This document shows positions 24,324 through 35,200 of a stretch of DNA of 64,000 bases, in pieces; the stretch's first letter is position 1; every line of letters begins with the position of its first letter. The translations under genes were made by a program, and so were the position numbers. Source of the stretch: Oculina patagonica (lineage: Eukaryota); the NCBI RefSeq assembly GCF_052425735.1, contig NC_135763.1:38130001-38194000 (forward strand), read 5' to 3'. Under the pieces are notes generated by a model. It was not told where the DNA came from and made no database searches. It saw nothing but the letters and a program-made list of their open reading frames with translations.

Positions 24324-27300
24324 TCTAAAGAAAGAAAAAGCAGAAAGTTTGTTAGAAAGATCACGTCTGGACAAAGCCGACCCGTAACAACCATTGATAA
24401 GTAAGTGGATCAATACTTTCATGCCCACGCTATGATAAGAAGGTTTAGTTTTAACCCATTGTAAATTTTAACAGCGTTAAATTTGAACCCTTTATCCTGT
24501 TGAATTAAAGTACTCTGGGTTTTAGCAATCTTAGCCTATTACCAAACTATTTATCGAATAAAGCATGATCATGATCATGATCATGAAATTTGCAGCCCCC
24601 TTTTTACCCCATTTTTACCATTTCCCAATCTCGTAAATGCTACTTTTATTTCTTTCCTGCCATCAAGGGTGCATGAGTACTTTAATGGATGGATTTAACG
24701 TGAAAACGTGTAATACCTCTCATACGTATTACGCATTTAGCAATGAGGAAAAATAAGGCGCAGACGTCAGGTATTTTACTCCTGCCAAAAAAATAAGGTA
24801 ATTTTCTACCATACATTGACCCCAACATGTTAATGCGATTTGAAATGACTCCAAAACGTAATGTATCTTTTTAATCCAGCTTGCAGTCTAGATTGTACTG
24901 ACAGGATATCTGCGGGCTCCACGTCTCGCTGACAGTACATAACATACATACTTAAAACTTTATTTAAACTCGAATGAAACAGTACGACAGTACGATTAAA
25001 ACGAAGGTGAGGACAGAAAATACCAATGACCAATTTGCTCTCACATGAGCTACGGTCCCGAGCTAGCTTGGTCAATACAAGATTTATTACACGACTAATG
25101 TTTTGTATTCCAATTAAACCATTCTTTGGGAAAATTTCAAAAAATGAGCATTACGTTGCTGTTAATTAAAATATGAATTTAAACTACTTACTTGCACGTA
25201 CTGCTTAGAAATAATTTAAAACAATTACCTGTCACGCCTTTTTTACATTGAAAAGCTTGCACAGATGAACAGTTTGCAGCATACGTTACTAATGGAAAGA
25301 TTGCCGACAATTTATCGAAAGAGGAAAGTTTTGAATTTTGGTATGCGAGAAACCAAACAAGTGCAGTGATGATAGTTGTCATTTTAAAACCAATCAGCAG
25401 TCAGGCTGGGAACACGATAACCAAGACATGCTGATAGGGCTAAAAACTGAAATCAGCCAATCATAGTGTTTTATTCCTGATCCAATATTTTGTTAAGTAC
25501 CATATTTCGAATCTATTCTTAAAACATATCGAGTAAGGTATTTTCCCGTGCAAATGGATCGCTCTATTATATCAGCAGATTATATTAATCAGAGACAGGT
25601 TTGAGAAGCATTAATATGACTCGCCTGAGTTATATTGCTGTGTTCGATTGTGTGTTTTAATTGGTCACTGCAGTCTGCCGAGACAGTACTTCTTATTTAG
25701 ACATTTCCATGAATGTTGTGAAGTTCGATCTTAAGCTGCGAGGTGTTTGAACACGTATCATTTACTCCTTTGACCAACGAGCGTTTGCAAAATTTTTGCT
25801 CTCATCGTAAACCTAGTATTTTACTGATTTTGATTTCTTTTCATAGCAACGCATCCTCCGGATGTTCATGTTTAGTAAGGAGATGATCTGACCGCCAAAG
25901 TGGAACCGCCGTTACTAGAAAACATTACGGAAATTCTATGGGGATCAGCAGTGAGAATTTAATTTAATTGCGGAGTGGAGCTATTGAATTTTAACTCAAA
26001 TTTATCATCGGTTTCATGGCAGAAGAACTGACAAGTGTTAAGTCAAATTACGCTTACCAAATCCGACATAAGATTTAAAAAATAAGAAGCCCTTTTCGAA
26101 GAAACACAGGAAGTTTGTATAAACAAGTAGCTTCCTCGGCACGGGCGATACCTGTGTAGACGTAAGCTCTCTTATCAAATACATCATCGTCAAAATATGT
26201 GATAACCATTGCCCCACAGCTGGGCGCTGGTCTGACTTCAGTACATTGGGTCAATAGAATTTCCGTACGCGGAAAAATTCACTAAAACGAAACATATTGT
26301 GCCAAAGTACAACTATAAAACCAAATTTAACCGTCTTTCTAAATAAGAAAATGTTTTTTTGTAAACAATTACGCTTATAGTTACATCAACGTCTGCAACG
26401 TTGCCGTTTATGTAATCGTATGGAAATCGTAGGAAGTATAAATTGATAAACATATACAAATAGAGAGCTAAGCCCACATTTTAAGTCACGTTTTTGAGCG
26501 TTCGACAGAGGATTGTCAGGGTAGATAGCTTAGATGATCTAACAAGATTTGAGCGGAACGTACAAGGCGGCATTCCAAACAAAGGACAATTTAAGCTTGT
26601 ACCCCAATAATCCCGAATCTCAAAGTTGTTGTCTTATTGTGTCATATCGTTGCTACCGTCATCTAACGGGTTATTTTTCTGTGCTTTGTGATGTTTATGC
26701 AAGATAAAATGTGTCGACAGTTGTTTCATGTACCAACCTGTATTCAGTCTAAAGGCAGATATTTAGTGGATTCGTCTCCGCCTGTAAAACCGAACTCACG
26801 GTCCTTCCTGTGCCTGTTAATCCTCGCAACATTTAATACTGATTTGTTATTGTCGGCGCGAGAGGGAATTTATACAGGTTCATAAGGTCGACGCAGTACA
26901 CGTCATAATTAATTTGGGTCAAATCTTATGACTGCAGGCGCTGGCTAGCAGAACTCAGAGTGACTGATGGGAAACTCGATCTGAAGATGTTTCAGTAAGA
27001 GGCAATTGGAGTTCCACGTTAACATCATACCACATTTATTATGCATAAGATTTTACACAGTGAAGCTCCAGACTGAGTACTTCACTGAAGAGTATTTGGT
27101 CTTTGGCTTAAAGAATAGGAATAGAAATTTTATTGAACACTCCTAAAATAGGTTTTTTTTAGTAATCAGTACAATACATAAAGAAATGATAAAATTTCTA
27201 TATATAAATTTTATATATAAAATATATTTTATAAATAAATAGAAATAACGGAGAAATAAGAAAAAAATAAAATATTTGTATACTACCCTTGTTTTAAAAA

Positions 27301-27607
27301 CTCGCGCCAAGCAGCCTTGTCTTCAGAGTTCATGACTTTTGCAAAATTATTCAGCTATGGTACTACGAGACGACAGCCATAATTTTGCAACCCGAATGCC
27401 CCAGTGACGGAATACTTTTCGAATCGTGTTGCAGCGGTATGGCATTTCCTTTCAATCAAATTTAAAACAGAGCCATCACAACTTGAGCTCACTCGCGCTC
27501 GGTCTCCAGAAAAGTTATCGACACTCGCTTAATGCATATTTGTGACATTTGTAACTTTGTGTCACTAATACTCGAACTTTTTCGAACTTAATCGTGCTTT
27601 GATGGCG

Positions 27608-28603
27608 TAGCCTGCGTTGCAGACGAACAAAACCCCGGACTATACCGGGGTTTTGTACACCCCTCTGTAACAGACCCAGTGGAATCTTTATCCTCACCGG
27701 GTTTTCCGTTAAAAAATCACTGGGTTGGCCAAATTCCCACTGGGTCGGCTTTTGCTAGGTTTTTGTAACAGGTTTATTTCAGGAGGGACTCCTGGTTTAT
27801 ATTCGATAAAAACATGGCCAATTGTGGAAAATGCGGGATTTTCTATTACTTTTCCGTTATCCGCCCGCAAAGTGGCTGCTTTATAGTGACTAAACTGAAG
27901 TGAGAAAAGAAGAGTGTTGCAATTTAAACAGTAGCGTAGCCAGGATTTTTTTCAGAGGTACGCACAGTTATTAAAACCCCCCTCTACTGCCCCCCTCAAA
28001 TCTGGACGCTATTCCTTTGCAGTATTTTCTTTATCATTAGCCTAACGACACTATGTTGTATACTGAAGGCCTGTAGGAACGAATTTGAACTGAGGGCCCC
28101 AAAGTTTGCATCGTGATGAGCTATTATGGGCCGAAAGGCTTGGCGATGTCCGAGGGGGCATCCTCCCCTGAAAATGTTTTAAAATTTGGATACGTTCTAA
28201 TGCCATTCGTCGCATTATGGAAACCCCTCCGAAGTTCTTTTTCTTGACAATTTCGATCCCTTTTCGAGTGTGATAATCATCATAATGCGACGAGGATGAA
28301 TGGCTTTCCGTTGCGGAACTAGAACTGCTGGTAGAACTTTCTATAGTTTTCGACTTTTGTAGTAGCTGTTGTTTTATTTTTATTATTTTTTTGTTGGTTT
28401 ATTCGTTTGCAAAAATACGCTGGGTTTTTCAACTAACACTGCACAGTCACTGGGGAAGCATAAAAATAGCTGGGTAAAATCAAAATATTCGCTGGGTACT
28501 GGGGAGGCTAAATTTTGAATGGGTAGGGGAAAATAATCCTCTGGGTCGGGTTCCGCTGGGTCTGTTACAGAGGGGTGTTTTTGTTCGTCTGTAACTCAGG
28601 CTA
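27608..28603. mobile_element. Nested MITEs: ~70-bp hairpin hAT-like element (8-bp TSD TGATGGCG) interrupted by a ~920-bp TIR element (27657..28578)
   Basis: Outer TIRs TAGCCTGCGTTGCAGACGAACAAAA / TTTTGTTCGTCTGTAACTCAGGCTA are flanked by TGATGGCG on both sides. Inner perfect TIR ACACCCCTCTGTAACAGACCCAG is flanked by a TTTTGT duplication. Confidence 0.85.
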
Positions 28604-28852
28604 TGATGGCGCGGCTTTCCTGGAAACAAACCTTTACGTGTACTTTTAGATAAATTCCATGTTAACTGTCAAAAAGGGGTTAGAAAGCAGAGAGAGTGGA
28701 GGGATAAAATGTACCCACAAGCTACGTCAACCCTCGTTTTTAATATTTCTTCTTTTTTGCGTAATCTTTACTCATTTCCGGTTTTTTCCCGCTTGTTTTT
28801 CTCTTTAAACAATGTCAAACTGGTATAGACTCGAATTTTTACTGAAAAGCTT

Positions 28853-29193
28853 GGGAAAACTCCGGATTGACGTCAATCGCCTTTCGAGGCGGTCCTAATT
28901 TGGAATGAAGCTAAATGTAAGATAATGACTCTAAAACTGAGCAGATACCGATACAACGTATTAAATGTACTATTATCCCGCTCTTATCACCCAAAAGAAA
29001 ACTTTGTACTTGACTTTAAAAGACTTAATCTAGTGGCCACTGTTTCTATTTGTATCTGAATAGTCTAAATACTGCGATACTGCACGTTCCCGATTCCACG
29101 TTCCTCATTCCCAGTCCCTCCGCTATATTCAAGATGGCGCCGGCCGCCCAAAAGACTTGTGTGATTGGGAAAGACCCTGGAGGGGAATACCCC
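28853..29193 (+). promoter_or_regulatory. Caspase proximal promoter with CRE, YY1-like and kappaB-like motifs
   Basis: GGGAAAACTCC 28853-28863; palindrome GATTGACGTCAATC 28865-28878; CAAGATGGCG 29130-29139; GGGAAAGACCC 29167-29177; GGGGAATACCCC 29182-29193. Confidence 0.5.
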
Positions 29194-29299
29194 GGTTATG
29201 TCATCAAATTCGTTCGCTTTCATCGAAAAACTTCCCGATTCCTTCGACAACAATTATGTTGTAAAGAAAATGTGGCTTTTTTGAAGAATCCCTAATACG

Positions 29300-32200
29300 A
29301 TGGCGGCTCCAAACTACAGATACAGACTTAAGAAAAACCATGGAAAGATTCTGCGAGATATTGAGCCGAGAAAAATCGTAAACATTCTGTACCAGGATGA
29401 TGTTTTCGATTTGGAGGACATGGACGACGTTAGGTCCGAGAAATCGAGGAAAAGACAAGCCGAGGTGCTCCTTGACAAAGTAACTCGTTCAGGAGATGGA
29501 GGTATTGCTATATTTGTAAACGCTTTATGGCAAACTCAGAGACATTTGTACCAGCTGCTACAAGAAAAAATACAGGGAGAAGAAATACAGGCGCAAATAG
29601 ACGCACAAGTGCAAGCAAGTTCAGGTTTGTGCCCAGTATTTTTGTAATTGACCTATGAAACTCGATAATAATTATGTTGGAAAGCGGCGTCTATTTTGAT
29701 CAAAGGCGATTTGGCTTATTTAGCAACTTTTAGGGAGCGCACAGGCTACTTCCCAGCATGCATTAGGTTGTGATTCCTTCCAGGGGGAGTAATCACAACC
29801 TAGGTGTATTGGAGTTCACTTTAATGGCCTTTATGCATCAGTCAATTGAAACCCTGGCCCCCCGACCCCCGGGACTTACCGGGAAATTTAACATTTGCCA
29901 AGCGTTAAAACCCGGCTCATTACCCCGCCCTAGGGGCCAAGACATCTGTTAAAAGCCCCGCATAGCGGGGACATCCTAACCAAATAAAGCAACAACTCAA
30001 GAGCGATATTCTGGAAAAACCGGTGAAAATCTTGATTTCGTTCCAGAAGTTAAAATCCTGTTTCTTTCATTTATTGTCCAGCTATAAGGTGGGAAAGAAA
30101 CCTGATGTAGTTTGTTTCCGCCAAAAGCCTTTTACATTGAGAAAACTAAGAAATCATTTTTCGTAGTCAGAGTCACAATTGCCAAATTTCTAACCCGAAA
30201 TAAGCTATTATGAACACACCTGTCGGAAGACCCATAATATCGGGGTGTGATTGCCCTACAGAACGTATTTCAGCTTTTGTTGACCATCTACTTCAGCCGA
30301 TAGCACAGAAACAAGCTTCATGTGACAGACTTTTATAACCTCATTGAGAAGATTACACTGCCCAAACAGTCTAAAAAAGCCTTCCTTGTCTCAAACCTAC
30401 AGAGCTGTTCCAATACACCGATTGCTATTCGTGTCATCTGCTAGGCGTCACGAATGGCTTTATCATGGGAGAAGCGTTAAGACATCTTAGAACAAATTCC
30501 TCACAATGTACATTTGAGGAAAACATTGGTCCTTCATGTTAAATCCCGGCTGTCGTCCCCGCTTCAGGTGATTGCGTGCTGTTAAATCACAACTCCACGG
30601 CCCCGATCTACTGACATTTTGTTAAATCTACCGCCCACAGGGGCCAACGCGCCGTTAAAAGTGCGTTAAATCCCGGCTTTGGACGCGTTAAATCCCCGGT
30701 AAGTCCTGGGGGTCGGGGGGCCGGGGTTTCCATTGACTAATGCATTAGGAAATGAGCTTAATAAACACCAGGGCTGCAAATAATTTTTTTTTCACTTGAA
30801 AGGACATTTGTCTTACTAAGACACCATCTTGGTCCGCCAAAATAAAATTGTGGTCGGACATCACCAAATACAAAAGGGTGAATTTTATTCATCGTTGCCG
30901 TAAAATGATTTACAATCAAAAAGTTGTCCGGACATCATGTCCGACCACACTTGGGATTTTGTCGGACATGAGCATATTTTGATCAGCCAATGTCCGATGA
31001 TCGACTGTTATTTGCAGCCCTGAACATGCACTGTACATATCTTTATTTGTTCAAGCATATTCACTTTTATACATGTAAATTATGTTCATCTGACTTCAGT
31101 GATTTGTAAAAAATAGTAATCCTAATTCACGTTTTGTTTTTGTAGGTTCAGGAAATATGGGAATTGCAAACATCACAAATCAGATGGCTGTCACACACGT
31201 ACATGAAGAACATCCCACTTACATAAACAAAGGTATTTCTATATATAGGCTCTTTTGATCGTACATACAAATCTTAAGTGTCTAGATCTTAAGGGAGATA
31301 AAATAGGTACATGGTGAACAGAAAGGTGCCTGTAATGATATTCGGTGACTACTTAAAAGATGAGACGGATTCAACAAGGATTACTAAACACAACTTTACT
31401 CGTACAGTAATCCAAGATGGAGGCAAACTGTCTGACATGCGCAGAGACCATGCGGTCCATAAGTAGCTAGGGAACTGGTGACTAGCCATATCATGACATC
31501 CCCCTTATAATACAAAATAAAATAACAAATATAATAAAACTGTTCAGCAATGTTCGGTAAACAAGATGCCTTGAATATTGTCCGTTTAGAACAGTGTTCA
31601 GACCATTGGCAATGCAAAGTCACTTGTGAAACTTAAACTATACTATATCTGAAAACAGGAACACGAAACTAGTTGAATAAATGTTACTCGGCAAAACGAG
31701 CGGGTCTGGTCACTGTGCGTCCACTCCTGGTCCGGACAGGCTCAGGACCCTGATTGGCATTGGGAAGGGTGGTCTCCATGGAGACCTGTGTCGGATTCAC
31801 AGAAGCAGCAGTAGCACCACTTAGCAGACTGGGCATAGGGGCAGACTGTAATGCTTCTGTAGATTCAGGAACACTTGGGTGAGCTTCTGAAACTGTGTTC
31901 TCATCTGTGGGGCCCATCTCGATGTGTTGTGCACCGGCGGGGCGAAGGTGGCACCTGTTGCGTCGTAGGGTTGAGCCATTCTGTGTCTGTACCTCATAAG
32001 AGCGGGGTTCTGGTCTCTTGCAACTTACGGTTCCTGGAAACCATTTCTTGGTGCGTTGGTCCTGTATGCGTACATGTTGTCCAGTTGCCAGGGGACTTAG
32101 ATCATGCGCATTCCTATCATGGTAATATTTCATGCTTTGTTGTCGTTCTGTTAGCCTCTGGGAAATCTGGTCTCTATTAGGCATTTGATTCTCTATTCTG

Positions 32201-35200
32201 ATGGGAAGATTTGATTTGAGCTTTCGCTGATACAGCAGTTCAGCTGGAGATGGAAGCTGTGAATCAATAGGAGTAGATCTTAGACAGAGCATTGCCATAG
32301 TGAGGTCTTTACCAGATTTCTCAGCCTTGTTGAGAGTGTTTTTAACAGTCTGAACTTGGCGTTCAATAAACCCGTTAGACTTTGGGTATCTTGGGCTGGA
32401 AGTTATGTGCTGAAAACCCCAATCCTTGGAGAACTGCTTGTAACTTTGACAGTCATATTGTGGACCATTGTCCGAGATAATGACCTCGGGTACTCCTTGT
32501 TCCGACAGTACGCACTTGGTGAGACCAACGACAGTTTCTCCTGTGGACTGTCCACTTGGGATTTTCCTGACGATGGGGAATTTAGAGTAATAATCACATA
32601 TTAGCAGATATTCATCTCCTTTCCAGAAGAATAGATCAGTTCCAATGACCTGCCAAGGCCTTGTGGGTACTTCATGGGGCTCCAATGTTTCCTTGGCTTG
32701 TGTATTGTGACTTTCTTGACATATTTCACATCTCTGGACTCTGGACTCAATGTCCTTGTTAATAGTTGGCCAAAACACACAAGACTTAGCTCGCAGCCTG
32801 CATTTCTCGAAACCTTGGTGAGCCTGATGAATTCTCTCTATGACATCACTCCTTTGTGACTCTGGGATAACGACTCTTTCCCCTTTTAAGATTAGACCAT
32901 TTTCAACAGAAAGTTCATCTCGGTAAGCCCAATACTTTCTCAAGTGCACTGGAACCTGTTTCTGCTTGTCTGGCCAGCCAGAGTAGATGATTTCTCTCAG
33001 GCCTGATAGTTCAGGATCTGCAGAGGTGTCTTGTTTAAGGGAGTCGAACCTCGTGTCAGTGAACTGGACGAGACACACCTTGTGTAGGTCTAATGTGCCT
33101 TCACTGGGTAGGGGATTTAGCCTTGACAAAGGATCAGCCAGATGCATTTCTGTGCCTGGTTTGTACTTGATTGCCATGTCGTACCCTTGCAATCTGAGCA
33201 GCATTTTTTGAAGCCTTGGAGGGGCAGCTGTTAAATTCTTCAAGTGGATCATTTCGAGGGGCTTATGATCAGACTCCACAATGAACTTCTTTCCAAACAC
33301 ATAAGAATGAAACTTCTCACAAGCCACAATAACTGCAAGCATCTCACGCTCGATATTTGCATACCGTTTCTCAGTGTCAGTAAGTGCTCTAGATGCAAAG
33401 GCGACAACCTTGCCATCTTGTATGAGGGCACTTCCAAGGCCCCGCAGGGATGCGTCAACCTGGATGACTGTTTCCTTTTTAGGATCAAAGTACGTAAGCG
33501 ATACTTCCTGACAAATTGCTTCCTTGATGTTTTCAAAAGCTGTACTGTGAGACGAGGACCATTGGAAATCAGTGTCCTTCTTGAGTAGGTTTCTCAAAGG
33601 CTCTGACATTGCAGACAAATTTGGAATGAAGGGGGCCATGTAAGTTGCTATGCCAAGGAAGGTTTGGAGTTCCTGGGCATCCTGTGGCTCCTGAATGGCC
33701 TTGACGGCCTCAATTTTCTTGGGATCCGGGTGAACCCCTTCTGCATCGAACAACATTCCGAAGAATGTAATCTTTGGCTGCTTGATACTGCATTTGTCCA
33801 GGTTGAAGACCAGACCATGTTGCCTTGCTACTAGCATTAGATTATGCAAATTGGCATCATGTTCCTCTGTGGTAGGGCCATGCACTGCGATGTCATCGGC
33901 AATACCGACAGTTCCCGGGCATTTCTCAAGAATAAAATCCATTTTCTGTTGAAAGATATCTTGACTCACACACAATCCAAAGGGAAGGCAAGTAAATCGG
34001 AATCTGCCGAACGGACTGTTGAAGGTTGTAAGGAAGGAAGACTCTTCATCTAGTACTACAGACCAGTAACCATGATGGGCATCCAACTTTGAGAATACTG
34101 AGCTGCCCTTGAACTTGTGTGTGATTTCTTCTAGAGTTGGGGTATGGTGATGACTTCTCTTCACAGCCTGGTTGAGATCTTTGGGATCTAAACACACCCT
34201 CCATCTCCCATTTGACTTTTGGGAGTATGCAACACTTGAAACCCAGTCGGTGGGTTCAGTCACTGGTTTAATCACACCAAGACCAATCATTTCATCAAGT
34301 TCCTTTCTTATGTCGTCCTTGATGTGAATGGGACACTTCCTTGGTGCATGTACCACAGGGGCATCAGGGTCAACGACAATGTGATACTCTCCTTCAAATT
34401 TGCCAATACCATTAAAACGATCTGGATAGAGCTTCTGGAGGTCATCTATGCTGTGAATTGCAGGAACTTGGCAGTGCACACCGTCATTGCTTGTGTTTAT
34501 CTCGCAGTGTAACTCCACTAACTTGAGTTTTCATGAAGTGGGCAGGCCACAAATAGCAGGGCCATCAACATCAGCAACATAAAACTTGGCCTCAGTTTCA
34601 CTGGAATCATATGAACATTGGATAGAACACACACCATGCTGGGGTATTGATGTACCATTGTATGCAGTCAGCTTCGTTTGGCTCGGTGTTGTGTCTTTCG
34701 GAAGGCCATTTTCGTCCAGGCAATCTGGGAACATTTTTCCATAGATTCTTAATGGCAGAATGTTTCCTTGTGCTCCAGTATCCACCTTCACTTTCAGCAG
34801 AGCATTTGGATTGCCAAGTTTCGGCAGTTTTACTTTAACATGTGCATAAGCTTCATCTCTCTCCACATCAGCACCAGTGCTATCAATTTTGATGCTCTCG
34901 AATAGCAACTGCTCGAAGTTAGAACTTGTTTCTTCTACCATATGTACCTTGCTCTGCTTTGCTTTGTCATATTTCTTTCGGCCATCAAATTGCGGTGGTC
35001 TGGTTTGTCGGCCCTGTGTCTGCTTATTTCTGCTGCACACTTGCTCCCAATGATTGTACTGCTTACATTTCCGACATCTTGTACCATATGCTGGGCATTT
35101 TTTTCCATGGTTGAGTCCACATTTCCCACATTGTGGGTTGGAATCTTCTCTGACAGCATCAATATTTGTTTCATCAGTACCAGCAGAGGCACCTTGCAGC

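Noticed and set aside
936-24324. The six TM exons as mutually exclusive last exons spliced to one shared ectodomain
   Set aside because: Acceptor phases differ (2, 2, 0, 1, 2, 2), each copy has its own candidate upstream donor, and I see no ectodomain-coding exons before the caspase.
24324-24428. N-terminal extension MGMKVLIHLL... of the 586-aa ORF (likewise 15277-15321)
   Set aside because: It runs through a polypyrimidine tract and AG acceptor, so it is most likely intronic; the 24428 start is also not ATG.
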